A DNA stretch of 63,850 nucleotides, the filler included, from Reticulomyxa filosa (lineage: Eukaryota; Protista; Foraminifera), in the NCBI GenBank assembly GCA_000512085.1. It is 24 parts of 24 records of this genome, joined end to end, with 100 filler letters (N's around TTAATTAATTAA, not from the genome) between each part and the next. Parts side by side here need not be neighbours in the genome. Positions count along the whole stretch, not along the records: positions 50,695 to 54,460 come from ASPP01007855.1; positions 54,561 to 55,940 come from ASPP01037570.1; positions 56,041 to 57,576 come from ASPP01005901.1; positions 57,677 to 59,182 come from ASPP01017706.1; positions 59,283 to 62,171 come from ASPP01022103.1; positions 62,272 to 63,850 come from ASPP01008487.1; 18 more parts are not named here. One strand, written 5' to 3'. Shown here piece after piece: positions 52,426 through 63,850 of this stretch. A program made the position numbers and the translations under genes. Every line of letters begins with the position of its first letter. Position 1 is the first letter of the stretch. The notes beneath the pieces were generated by a model that did no database searches, was not told the DNA's origin, and saw nothing but the letters and a program-made list of their open reading frames with translations.

Positions 52426-53734
52426 TCAGTGATTTTTTTGTACGTTACGCGAACTTTTGTTTATGAATTGAGGGAGGGCACAACCAACGAGAACTAGAAA
52501 CACGCCACACCATTGTTTCCAATTTAGGGTCTCTTTTGCAAGAGACTTTTGGTCAAACACGACAGTAAAAAGAGAATTGACAGCCAAAGAAATGGGCAGT
52601 CTCAAAAAGCTGCTTAGTGATCCATAAGCAGTACTGGTCATTCGAAATCCAATCGTTTCCAAACTCCACGCCAAAAATGTGAACGTACCAATGCTGCCAA
52701 GAATCCATTTGTATTCCCATAAGTTCGTTACGATTGTTGTGTGCTCACTTGCTTTCGCTGTCACTGTGCATTGCACATTTTAAAACAAAGTACTTTTTTT
52801 TTAAAAAAAAGGAGGTATTCCATTCAATCAAATTTTCTCATTATATATTCACATATATGTGTATATGTTTACACTTGCAAGACGTAACAAAAAACGCTGG
52901 AGAAAAGTATGGCCAAAGGATTCAAAATGAGCCCAGCAACGGAAGAAGAAATGAATAAAGATTGCAAGATTTGAGTGTCTTTGGTGTGACGTATAAGCAA
53001 AGGCTGAAACGACGTAAACAGAGTCGCTAATAATGTCATAAGCACTCCTACGAGATACCGAGTGTTCATTATAAATATCAATGTGATTTGGAGTGAAAGG
53101 ACCAATCCGACCAACGATATCGCCACAGACCAATAAAAAAGTTTGGAATGCTTTCTTTAATGAACACATTTGATAGCCAAGTAGCCATTAATGGGTGCAA
53201 GGACATTATCACACTAGCATGTGAAAAAGGGATCATACGAAATCCTACCAAAAAAAAATTTTAAATTTATGGACGAGCAAACAAATACAAACACTGCTCA
53301 TCATACATATTGCTTATGCTTGCTTTAGAAATTTGTTCTTTTTTTTTTTCAGTATTGATTCTTTTTTTTTTTTTTTCTCTCCCTTTTTTTCATTACGTTT
53401 TTTGTCGCCACACAAACATGCCCTTACCTTTGTAATAACACATCACAAAGAGCCAATAAAATACTCCTCGTAGAAATGAATAAAAACGGTCTTTTTTTGG
53501 ACCTAGCCAAAAGCTTATCTCTTGAACGTTTGCTTGGGTTTTCTGATTTGCCAAACTTCGTGAAAACGCGATCAGTGAGACCGCCGAGAGACATACCTCA
53601 ACCCCTAATCTACCTAGAAGGACATACAATACATCTAAGGGACAAAACAGTTTCACCAAATTGGCGACTAATATCAGCAGTGTTTTTGAGATAACAATTA
53701 AAAAAAATCCCAATATATCTTTCAAATGTTCCAT
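52426..53734 (-). CDS. EamA/DMT-family transporter, multi-exon, with apparent frameshifts
   Basis: About 10 hydrophobic segments; LRGVF, SLHPL, KETLNWKQWCGVFLVLVG. Confidence 0.65.
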
Positions 53735-55210
53735 TACTGCCTACAATTTATCTTAAATTTTTTCCCCTTGCCCTTACAATATTTTTACCAAACAATTTTG
53801 TGCAATTTTACTCTTGCCTTGTTTTTTAAATGCAAGTCAATATACAAATGTAAAAAGCAGACTCTCGAAGCAAAGTAAAAATTGAAGACGAGCAAGCCAC
53901 TGCAAATATGTACTGTACAAAATAAATCAATAGATTTTTTAAAAAACTTTGTGTGGGTCGAAATCCAAAAAGCTTAGAATTTTGGGACGCAATCATTGAT
54001 TGACACGGTCATAGTTTTTTACTCACCTTTCGAATCTCGGTTTAAAAAAATGTAAAAAATTGAGCAGCATTAACTATACCGACCATATGTTATTAAAAAA
54101 AAAAAAAAAGGGGAATGTAAGATGATGGAAATTGAGTATAAGGAGCCCGAATAATAGAGACACCCCTTAAGTTGTGGTCATTTCATATCTCATTTAAAAC
54201 AAAAAAGAAAATATCATCACCCAATAAAAAACAAACAAAACAAAAAACACGTAACTACCTCTCTTATGGAATGAAAAGAACCAGTGAAAGTGAAACTTTC
54301 TGCAAAGAATACACGAGTAAAGCAAGTGAAAAGCGTTCACACACACACTTTTTCATTAGAGAGAGTAACAAGAGAACAAAAGAAAGAAAAAAAGGAAAGA
54401 AACAAAAAACAAAACAAACAAACAAACAAACAAAATACAACACCAAACCCAACAATAATANNNNNNNNNNNNNNNNNNNNNNNNNNNNNNNNNNNNNNNN
54501 NNNNTTAATTAATTAANNNNNNNNNNNNNNNNNNNNNNNNNNNNNNNNNNNNNNNNNNNNTCTTTTTTTTTTTCGTAGTAGTGGTACTCATTCTTTCGTT
54601 AACTTTTCACAGGAAAAACAATTTAACTTTTGAGTCCCCCTTAAACAGACTACGTTCAAACTTTCCGTACCCGTTTATTTGTACCAAAAATTAACTGTTT
54701 CTGTTTAAACATAAAGTATTACGATTTTCGCTGAACACAATAAAATTATAAAAAAAAATTAAATAACTAAAATGTCTTTGTCAAAAATTACGAAAAAGCG
54801 ATTGAATATATTTAGCTTCGAGATTTTTCTACAAACCATTGTATTCAAATTTCAGATTATGCTGTTCTAATAGCGTCTTTGTGTGGTATGTTCTGTGAAA
54901 ATCGAATAGAAGCAACCGGTTTAAACTGTTTTGGAATATTAACAATTTATTCAAGACAAAGAACAAGTTTCAGTTTTACACTAAGAATAATTTTTGACTT
55001 TTTTTTCTGTTCCAGACAAGAGAAGAAGTAAATATGACAGTTTTTATGAAATTACTTCTGTCAAAATTTCACTAAGGAACAGAGGATAAAAATGTTTCAT
55101 ACAAATCACAAAAACAAGAATTTTTTGGAGTTTGAATAATCAAAAACGCATAAACCAAATATTCTTTTTCTTTACTAAGATTCAAAGCATTGGTAGTTAT
55201 TCAGCAACTA

Positions 55211-55337
55211 CAGTAGGTTGCAAAGAAACTGAACGCCTAAAACGATATCTTATGATGATAATTGATTTTTCATGGAGAAAATCAATTATCATCATAAGAT
55301 ATCGTTTTAGGCGTTCAGTTTTCTTTGCAACATACTG
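55211..55337. mobile_element. 127-bp palindromic MITE flanked by TA on both sides
   Basis: TA|CAGTAGGTTGCAAAG...CTTTGCAACATACTG|TA; ~59-bp arms with one mismatch and one indel around an 8-nt loop. Confidence 0.8.
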
Positions 55338-55796
55338 TAATTAACGTTTTTATGCAGTTGCTAAAATAAACTACTTTTTTCTGTCATTTTGACAGTTTAA
55401 TTTAAACCATTATTCTTTTACAATGATTATCTTTTCAAAGTCGTACATTTAGAATCTTTCTAATCCATATTCTAAATGTTAAATTTGTTGCAATTTTTGG
55501 TTCGTTTAATCAATATTTTTCACTATTTTTTTTATATTCTCACTTTGATAGAAAATAATATTTCATTTTTCATCCAAAAATTTGAGATATATTTTCGTGA
55601 CTTGCATTGATGATCTTTCAAGGTAAATTGATTCTTTTCAAGAAAACTTTAAGATTGTTGTACATATTACTTTCAAACACTTTCAATTAGTTCAATACAA
55701 AATAATGAAAAATAATATAATTCCAAATGGACAAGATTTCACATTTGATTTAAATTGAAACACGGCAATGCTTTTCGGACAATAAATAATAAAGTA

Positions 55797-55940
55797 CAGT
55801 AGATTGCAAAAAAAACTGCAATACCTAAATGGCACTATACGAAGAGAATCGATTTTCTCCATGAAAAATAAAGATTTAAACATAATTTTTTTTTTAAAAA
55901 AATCTACTAATATTGTAGTTTTTAAATATGAAATTGGTTT
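55797..55940 (+). mobile_element. Diverged end of the same element family, truncated by the contig end
   Basis: TA|CAGTAGATTGCAAA...GATTTTCTCCATGAAAAAT...ATTGTAGTTTTTAAATAT, collinear with 42388-42523. Confidence 0.7.
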
Positions 55941-56040
55941 NNNNNNNNNNNNNNNNNNNNNNNNNNNNNNNNNNNNNNNNNNNNTTAATTAATTAANNNN
56001 NNNNNNNNNNNNNNNNNNNNNNNNNNNNNNNNNNNNNNNN

Positions 56041-56418
56041 GATGAGCCCGGTGTACACCATGATCTTGCCGCCCGCCATGCAGTAGGCGTTCAGTTCGTC
56101 CACGCTGGCCACGTTCACTTCCCACTGCCATTTCATCGCGTCCAGACGGAAAGCACCCACCTGGCGGATCAGGCGGTCGGAAATGGCACGCACGCGGCGG
56201 GTGGTGGCCGGGTCGGCGTTCAGCGCGCCGGCTTTCTTGGCCTTGGCCAGTTCCTGGCTGTAGGCCAGGGCAGACTGCTGATCCACCTCTTGCGAGGACA
56301 GCAGCACGAACTGCTTGCGCTTGACCCCCACCTCGCCGCTGGAGGTGGTGTTGACACAGCCTGCCAGCACGGCGCCCAGCACCAGCGCGGCGGAGATACG
56401 GATAGCCAGCTTGTTCAT
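56041..56418 (-). CDS. Bacterial M48-family metallopeptidase lipoprotein, 5' part
   Basis: Lipobox LAGC; WQWEVNV..LNAYCMAGGKIMVYTGLI. Confidence 0.88.
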
Positions 56419-56447
56419 GTCGCGTAAGCCTTTCTGCTTGCCGATGG

Positions 56448-56612
56448 CTAGAACGCCATCATTTCAAAGTCGTCCTTGCGGGCGTCACAATCGGGGCAGG
56501 TCCAGTTCATCGGCACGTCTTCCCACTTGGTGCCCGGGGGGATGCCGTCTTCGGGGCGACCGGCCGCTTCGTCGTAGATAAAGCCGCAGATCAGACACAT
56601 CCAGGTTTGCAT
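56448..56612 (-). CDS. Bacterial rubredoxin, 54 aa; absent from the ORF track
   Basis: MQTWMCLICGFIYDEAAGRPEDGIPPGTKWEDVPMNWTCPDCDARKDDFEMMAF, with two CxxC motifs. Confidence 0.95.
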   Translation of the reverse strand: MQTWMCLICGFIYDEAAGRPEDGIPPGTKWEDVPMNWTCPDCDARKDDFEMMAF

Positions 56613-56714
56613 AGCATTTGCCTTTGAAAGAGTAATATGAAGTCATGGGGCCGCGTTACAATCGCGGCGCGGCACGCCACCTTGCCCCCTATTGTAAACA
56701 AAAGAGGTCCTGCC

Positions 56715-57569
56715 TTGAGCACCGACAATCCGCTCCCACCCATCGTGCTGACCCTGGCCGGCTCCGACCCTACCGGCGGCGCCGGCATCCAGGCCGACAT
56801 CCTTACCCTGGCCAGCATGGGCTGCCACCCGCTGTCCGTCATCACCGCCATCACCGTGCAGGATACGCGCGGCGTGCAGGATTTCATGGTGATCGACGAC
56901 GAATGGGTGAGCGACCAGGCGCGCGCGGTGCTGGAAGACATGCCGGTGGCCGCGTTCAAGGTAGGGATGATCGGCAGCATCGACAACGCCGTGGCCATCG
57001 CCGAGCTGGCCAGCGACTACCCCGACATCCCGCTGATCTACGACCCGGTACTGGCCAGCGGCCGTGGCGACGAGCTGTCGCGCGAGGAGCTGATCCACGT
57101 GCTGCGCGACGTGCTGCTGCCGCAAGTGACGGTGCTCACCCCCAACAGCATCGAAGCGCGCCGGCTGGCGGCCAACGATGACGAAGACGAAGAAAGCCTC
57201 AGCATTGCCGACTGCGCCAAGCGCCTGACGCGGCTGGGCTGCGACTACGTGTTCATCACCGGCACCCACGAAGCCACCCGCGACGTGGAAAACCGCCTGT
57301 ACGACCTGGCCGGCGAGATCCGCGCCGACACCTGGCCGCGGCTGAACGGCAGCTTCCACGGCTCCGGTTGCACGCTGGCGTCGGCCATTGCCGGCCTGGT
57401 GGCACGCGGCCTGGCGGTACCCGAAGCGGTAAAAGAAGCGCAGGACTTCACCTGGCAGGCGTTGCGTTACGGCTTCCGCCCCGGCATGGGCCAGTACATC
57501 CCCGACCGCCTGTTCTGGGCCAACGACGACGCCAGCGAAGACGACAACAAGGACACCGACACGCCATGA
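56715..57569 (+). CDS. thiD: Hydroxymethylpyrimidine/phosphomethylpyrimidine kinase
   Basis: LAGSDPTGGAGIQADI, DPVL, TPNSIEA, HGSGCTLASAIA; probable TTG start after AGAGG. Confidence 0.92.
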   Translation: MSTDNPLPPIVLTLAGSDPTGGAGIQADILTLASMGCHPLSVITAITVQDTRGVQDFMVIDDEWVSDQARAVLEDMPVAAFKVGMIGSIDNAVAIAELASDYPDIPLIYDPVLASGRGDELSREELIHVLRDVLLPQVTVLTPNSIEARRLAANDDEDEESLSIADCAKRLTRLGCDYVFITGTHEATRDVENRLYDLAGEIRADTWPRLNGSFHGSGCTLASAIAGLVARGLAVPEAVKEAQDFTWQALRYGFRPGMGQYIPDRLFWANDDASEDDNKDTDTP

Positions 57570-57576
57570 TCCGCGG
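57566..57576 (+). CDS. thiE: Probable first codons of thiamine-phosphate synthase
   Basis: ATGA overlap with the thiD stop, reads M-I-R-G; call rests on usual thiD-thiE synteny. Confidence 0.45.
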
Positions 57577-57759
57577 NNNNNNNNNNNNNNNNNNNNNNNN
57601 NNNNNNNNNNNNNNNNNNNNTTAATTAATTAANNNNNNNNNNNNNNNNNNNNNNNNNNNNNNNNNNNNNNNNNNNNTATAATATATATATTATATATATA
57701 TTATATATATATTATATATACATATATATTTTATATAAAATAAATAACGTAAACGAATG

Positions 57760-59010
57760 TTCATAATATTGATATTCATTTTTTCCAGATTTTGTTTGAT
57801 AAAATATTTTTCGAAATTCAACAAATCCAATAGGTTTTTCAGGTCTTCCTCCTACTTTAGCTTGTACACTACATACATTTAAATTAGAAGATACCAATGA
57901 TTTAAATAAGCCATGAGCAAGTTCTAAATCTCCAGCAGTACCTAATTTGACATATTCTAATTCAGAGCATACTTGAAATAATTTTCGAATAACTGGTCTA
58001 AGTAAAATGGCCATATAATCAGTTTCTCGTAAAGCAATTTCAATACATTTAATTTTTGGACAACTGGGTTTAATTTTAAAATTATTGATACCATTACCAC
58101 GTGTATTAGGTGGTACTAATAAAGTGACTGTATTGGAGACATTTTGGGAAATATTAGATTTGACTCCTTTTTTTAATATATGTATATAATATATTATATA
58201 TTATATATTATATATTATATATACACATATATATATACATATATACACATATATAAATATATATATTTATACCAGCAATATGATTTAAAGAAGCAATAGT
58301 TAATCGATTTTCATGTAATGCAAATGTACTACTTCTATTAAATCCAAAAAAGAATAAAAATTCTAAATTAGGCAAATATTGTTGTGTAATCCAACTATCA
58401 TCAGCCAATAATGGTAAACTTAAATGACGTAAACTACTTGGAAGAATAAAAGGAGGTAAAGTAACAGGACTATGTGGATTAGGACGTTGTGTATTAGTAT
58501 CAAAAATTAATACTTGTAATTCTAAAAATTCTAATTGTTGAGGTCTAAATAATGTAAAATTATGAATAAATTTTTGTAAAGAAATAATATTATAAACATC
58601 CATTTTAAATTTACGTAAATTAGAAAAATATTTTAAAATTAATTGTAATAAAGCATGAGTTTCTTCAAATTTAATAAATGCTGCACTAGAATTAGCTAAT
58701 CGAAATGGACCACCACCAGGTTTTAATTTAAATGATCTTAAATATTTATTAGATATTGTTGATAAATGTTTAAAGAATTTTTCAATTTTTTGTTTTTCAT
58801 TCATATTTAAAATATCATCAATAATCATTGTTGCATTATTTCCATGAGTTGTTGGAAGTGAATATTTACTACGATGATTTAATCCACAAATACTCATTCG
58901 AGGATTGCTCCAATCAAGTTCAAATGTTCGTAAATAACGAAATGATCGATTAATTAAAGGAGTTGGTACATCATTAATTTTTTCTACTTTGAGAGTTAGT
59001 TGTTTCCAGC
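57760..59010 (-). CDS. Leucine-rich (LRR/RNI-like) protein fragment, very AT-rich, multi-exon
   Basis: LRTFEL, FSNLRKFKM, LEFLEL, SLRHLSL, LPNLEFL, CPKIKCIEI periodicity. Confidence 0.45.
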
Positions 59011-59032
59011 ATAATGGATGAGTACATATCTT

Positions 59033-59182
59033 TTATATATATATATGTATATATGTATATATGTATATATGTATATATGTATATATGTATATATGTATAT
59101 ATGTATATATGTATATATTTATATATTTATATATTTATATATTTATATATTTATATATTTATATATTTATATATTTATATAT
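59033..59182. repeat. (ATATATGT)n/(ATATATTT)n microsatellite at contig end
   Basis: Direct reading. Confidence 0.9.
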
Positions 59183-59499
59183 NNNNNNNNNNNNNNNNNN
59201 NNNNNNNNNNNNNNNNNNNNNNNNNNTTAATTAATTAANNNNNNNNNNNNNNNNNNNNNNNNNNNNNNNNNNNNNNNNNNNNGTCAAATCAAACAAAGGT
59301 CACCTTATTGTTTCAATTCAATTTCCGACAAAAACACAATCAACACATCATGCAAACAAATGGCCGATCAAAACAATGACTGCAACGTCTGTCAGATTTT
59401 AATTAAATAATGAAAAAAGAAAGAGTTTGCGAAGTTGGTTTGCTATTTGTTGTTCAAACCTAGTTAATACTGCAAAATAAATTATATATAAAATAAATT

Positions 59500-60156
59500 T
59501 TGAATTCAATTGTACGAACACAATATATATGTTCGTACAATATTTTCAATTGTTGGTTATCTGTAATATTTCAAAAAATAATTGTTTTGTCATTTGAAGG
59601 AGATCAAATGACGTTTCGATTATAATAATTACGATTGTATGGCGAAAATTTCGCACAATACACATAAAATAAATTTCCATTGAATAATTGAACTTGTTTG
59701 ACTGACTCAATATTCCATAAACGAACTGTCTTGTCATCTGATCCTGAACAAATAAATTGACCATTCGAATTTGAATAATCTATGTCATTGACACAATCTT
59801 CGTGTCCATTCAATATCATGAGTAATTTAGATGATGTACGGAACATATCGAGCATGAAGACAGTTGCTGCCTGTATAAATAATGATATGAATAATAACAT
59901 CAAATAATTATTTATTATCAAATAAAAAACAAAGACTTAACATAATTGATAATAATTTTGTCAAACTCGTTGATCCAACCGAATTTAATATGTAATGATC
60001 GGATCCAATGTTTCACAATGATTTGGATCTCTTCTTTTTCTGACTACCTCAAACACAAGACAAACACAAAACACATAAGGATAGACAAAGATTGAAACAC
60101 ACTGCCAATGAGAGTTGAGTCGGACTTTCATTTTCATTGCCAATAGTGGTCGACAT
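59500..60156 (-). pseudogene. Box-WD40 gene pseudogene (3 exons)
   Basis: MSTTIGNENESPTQLSLA | SEKEEIQIIVKHWIRSLHIKFGWINEFDKIIINY | ..FRTSSKLL..NGH..SGSDDKTVRLWN..NVI*SPSNDKTIIF*NI; two in-frame TGA, then decay. Confidence 0.8.
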
Positions 60157-61199
60157 TTTTTCAAAACTGTTCGTTTTTTTCTTAAGCTTCCAGCTGAAAA
60201 AAAATTGAGCTTTTTAATGAAGGGCTCAAAACGAAGTTTTTCTGTTCAACTTTATTTTTTAAAAAAAAAATTACTACTTCTGATACTTTTTGGTTAGGTT
60301 GCGAGAAAATGATGTACTTTTTCATGTAAGTTTGGAGTGATATTGAACAGAAATCGAATTTTTGACCCAATTATTTGTTTGTATGTGATATCTGTTTGTC
60401 AAAAGATTGAAATAAAGGATCAATATAAACTGTTAAAAGCCTCTGCTTTAGCATGCGCCTTTTTCTCACATATGTTACACACTTTTCTCATAAAGTTTCA
60501 ATTTGTTGCCCGTGTGTTGTCATCGCACATTTCACTACAACAAACGATTACAATAGAAACAGTCATTTCCTTTACAAATACAATTTGATATTTATAAAAT
60601 ATACGTCCATCTGAATGAACAACATATCCTTTCCACTTTACTTTCGCTTCCATATTTTGTTTCATACACAATATTTTTGTTGAGTTTACTTTTTGCTCTT
60701 GTTGCTCGTTACGTCCATAATTAAAGACGTTTGCTTAAATTTCTCAAGGAAAATATGCGTCGTACGCATATGTTGAATATTACAAAAATTTTCTATTTCC
60801 ATACAATCATTCGTCGAGTTAACGATTTTAATTTTTTTTCAGTTAAAATATTTATATTTTTTTAATTTAAGAAAAAGTTATACACAACGTTAATATTACA
60901 AAGTTTTTGCAAAAAAAAAATTTGTTATGGTTTTTGAGTGAATTAATATTTTGCATCAAGAATTATATTTTTGCACAACTTAAACCAAAAAGGGCAAAGC
61001 AAAGCAAAAATTCAAAGTAATTCAATAAAAATCACAACAAAGATAAGAGGAAAAGCACTCCTCTCATTCACAGAAAAAAAGTAAAACAAGTTAAAAAAGC
61101 ACAACACATAACAACATTGCTGGAACAAAGAAAAAAAATTGACTTCCAAAACAACAAAAATAAAGACACTGAAAAAAAAAACTTTTTTAGGAGAATGAA

Positions 61200-62114
61200 T
61201 TATTTTCGAATCTTTTCCAAAAGTAGAAGAAGTTCATCTGAGGTAAGTTTGACTTGCTTGCCGTTGAACAAAAATTCAATATCTTTGGTAACCGTTAGAT
61301 CAACACCAAGGTGTTTGCTTTGCTCAATACTTTTCACAAAATCTTCTTTTACACTACGGGGCACAAGCAACGATATGTCGCGATTCATTTCCTGTGGATT
61401 GGCGCCCAAAACATCAAAATTCGTTCCAGCATAGTACAATTCATCATCACCAACAAATTCTTTCAATTGTTGATCTTCCTTAAATTGAGGATGTAATACT
61501 CTTAAATGTTACATTCGAACGTATACACATATAAACAAATTGGATGTTTTTATCTTAATTTAGAACACAAAATTGTAATTAATAAATAAAAAAAAAAAGA
61601 ACCTTAAAAATTCTTCATAGTCAATAACACCATCTTGATTTCGATCAGCACTTGCAAAAGCAACACTAATTTGTCGTTGATGTGCACTGTCTTTGAGAGT
61701 TGGATTTAAACGCACCATTGCGTCTTTCAATTCCTCTTTCGTCAACGTTCCGCTCGAGTCTTTATCCAAATCCAAAAATGCTTGGAATAGCCTTTCGTCT
61801 TGCGCAAGTAAATGCTGACTCGCTGCTGCCGTTAGTAACTCATTTAGTGTAATACCTTCACAGTTTGTTTATTTTGTTTTCGCAAAGTGCAACAATTGTA
61901 ATGTCCATTTTTTTTTTTAAATACGTAACACAATTTTTTTTTTTAATGGGAACAAAAAAAAAAAATTACCCATTGAATCGTCGATGTCAATGTTCTGGAA
62001 CATGGTTTCAAGCTGTGATTCAGTGAATTTCTTGTCACGTTCCTTCATACCTTTCTTGAACTCTTCGAATGTAATCACGCCATCGTGATTTTCATCAAGC
62101 GACTCGAAAAATGC
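61200..62114 (-). CDS. Four-EF-hand calmodulin-like region, probably the 3' part of a calcium-dependent protein kinase
   Basis: DENHDGVITFEE, DIDDSMGITLNE, DKDSSGTLTKEE, DRNQDGVIDYEE; ERLFQAF linker. Confidence 0.8.
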
Positions 62115-62354
62115 CTATACACACACACGTATATATATATGTATATATTGCAATCCTTTTTTTTTTTTTTTNNNNNNNNNNNNNNNNNNNNNNNNNNNNN
62201 NNNNNNNNNNNNNNNTTAATTAATTAANNNNNNNNNNNNNNNNNNNNNNNNNNNNNNNNNNNNNNNNNNNNAAAAAAAAAAAAAAAAAAAAAGAAAAAAT
62301 TAAAAAACCCACAAAAAAAATTCTGTTTGCAAAAAAAAAAAAAAAAAAAAAAGA

Positions 62355-63005
62355 TAGTACACGTGCGGCGAGTAAAATTGCTCGACAAAAAGAGTTTTTG
62401 TCTTCAATTGAGGACGTCGAAGGTACGGACTGGATTGGGGAATCTGCATTCGTGTTAATAAATTCCAAAGAACATATGTCCGCGTTGAACATACTGGAAG
62501 ACATTCACAAGCCTTTATATCGTGTAGAACTCTATGATCGGATGTTAGGAGACAAAGAAACATTTTGGCTGTCGATATTGTTGTCCGGCAAAAATCCACA
62601 CTTCAATCCTTATGGCATGCAAATTGTCGGTAGCTGGATTGCCAAAAAAAAAAAGTTTGCATTCGCACTGCAAATGATGTAATTGTTCAATACTTCCAGT
62701 TTAATACATCAAATGTCTTTCCTTCCATTTTTTATTTCAACGGACAAGCCATTGAAAAAATACTGGACCTTCGAAGCCCAAAACGATTCAAATTGCGCGA
62801 AAATCTGGAATTAATTAGTCAACCAGTCCTTGGAAATCAAGAGACCACTTGTAGGCTTTTTGAACAGTGCAAACCTTTCAATGGCTCCGCTTTTGATACT
62901 ATTGTCAACACTCTTGCACAACATAGACTCGACTTTTTGAAAAATATTCACCCCTTTTATCATCCTTTTGATAACCAATTCTTCTTTGAAGAAGTCGTAT
63001 TTTAA
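62355..63005 (+). CDS. Alpha-mannosyltransferase-like (MNN2/GT71) 3' exon
   Basis: ESAFVLINSKEH, GDKETFWLS, PHFNPY; frameshift in an A-run near 62650. Confidence 0.7.
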
Positions 63006-63433
63006 TTATAAATGATGATAACAATATACACAACTGCTATCGCCATTACTTCTTTTTCCTTTCTCTCTCCCTTCCTTTCGTTCTCTTGCTAAAAAAAAAA
63101 CACAAAAAAATTAGAAACCGCACCGTGTAATCACTTTTGTGTTGTAATTTGTGTCCTTATTGACTTCTTTTGTCTCTTTTTTGTTGTGGTACACTACATA
63201 CTGATATTAAAGAGCACTTTTCAAACAATCACACGAATGATCTTTTGCACAACCTTAAAAAATATACATACATGTGCACATATTACATTGACACGGTATC
63301 TTTTTGTTTATGTTTAAATCTGTATTATATACAGAAAGTAGAGCAGAGTTTTTTTTTAAAGTTAAAGACGAAATTAAAAAGTTCACGTCTTGTTGGAATA
63401 TTTTGACTATTATTTAAAAAAAGTTTAAATAAA

Positions 63434-63850
63434 ATGTCGTTTATTTTGGAAAAACTGTCTGATGAAAATTGGAAAAGGAAATGTAGATTTGCGTTGGCAG
63501 GCGGTGTGATTTTGTCTGTTGCCGTGTTTGGATGGAAAACAGCAGCAGTGAAGCATGACAACATTCCAATGGTCGACGAAGAAAACTGGCACTTTTTCTT
63601 TGGCAACTCGCTAATGGCCAGAAAAATGAATGCATCAGGTTAAAGTTTTTTTTTTTTTGGGAAGGATGCTTGCCCCTTCTGGAACAAAAGAGGGGGGGGG
63701 GTTAACTTTGCAAGGTGCACACACTTTTTTTTTTTTTTTCTTTTTTTTGAGACACATCAGCAACAACAAAACAAAAAAAAACAGGTAGGTCCCATCATGA
63801 GTGGGCGAAGAAGCTGATAGGAAGAAGTGAGCCTTGCCTGGCGCTAAGTT
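63434..63850 (+). CDS. 5' end of a membrane-anchored protein, possibly a cytochrome P450
   Basis: N-terminal hydrophobic anchor then IP..WHFFFGN; too short to confirm. Confidence 0.3.

Noticed and set aside
56591-57628. Several long overlapping ORFs around thiD
   Set aside because: Shadow ORFs of high-GC codon usage; thiD and rubredoxin explain the region
59509-59541. 12-bp inverted repeat ATTGTACGAACA...TGTTCGTACAAT
   Set aside because: Single short hairpin inside a decaying WD40 pseudogene; no second copy or target-site duplication
59560-59610. Two in-frame TGA at expected Cys and Trp positions suggesting stop-codon reassignment
   Set aside because: TGA ends intact genes (3310, 48934), the 1513-aa ORF has no internal TGA, and the gene decays further downstream; single-base nonsense mutations suffice
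3972-62271. Recurrent TTAATTAATTAA flanked by N-runs as a biological repeat, CRISPR array or chromosome-breakage signal
   Set aside because: Exact 44+12+44 structure with six-frame stops marks a contig-joining linker; cross-spacer gene neighbourhoods were not interpreted

Overview
AT-rich, intron-containing eukaryotic draft-genome sequence. It consists of 24 unrelated short contigs joined by 23 identical artificial 100-bp spacers (N44-TTAATTAATTAA-N44), so gene adjacency across spacers is meaningless. The gene families (box-WD40, RING/TRAF-WD40, kelch, TPR, NACHT-WD40, HSPA12, 7TM), frequent pseudogenes and homopolymer frameshifts resemble my recollection of the foraminiferan Reticulomyxa filosa; this is an inference, not a database result. 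One contig (56041-57576) is GC-rich bacterial DNA carrying M48 peptidase, rubredoxin, thiD and the start of thiE. Main results: (1) a 5'-truncated, intronless NLR-like gene whose N-terminus carries RelA/SpoT-type nucleotidyltransferase motifs fused to NACHT, pentapeptide repeats and 16 WD40 repeats, a candidate immune receptor that makes a nucleotide signal; (2) a ~30-aa 'IxxWIR...WIxxFxxII' box found N-terminal to SPRY and WD40 domains and C-terminal to kelch repeats, a candidate lineage-specific cullin-ligase adaptor; (3) a RanBP2-zinc-finger/HSPA12 paralogue family; (4) an eRF1 pseudogene with GGQ changed to CGQ; (5) a TA-flanked 127-bp palindromic MITE family; (6) an intron-containing, bacterial-like sulfatase; (7) introns with A-rich rather than pyrimidine-rich acceptor tracts. 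All domain calls come from motif recognition by eye, and exon boundaries are approximate.
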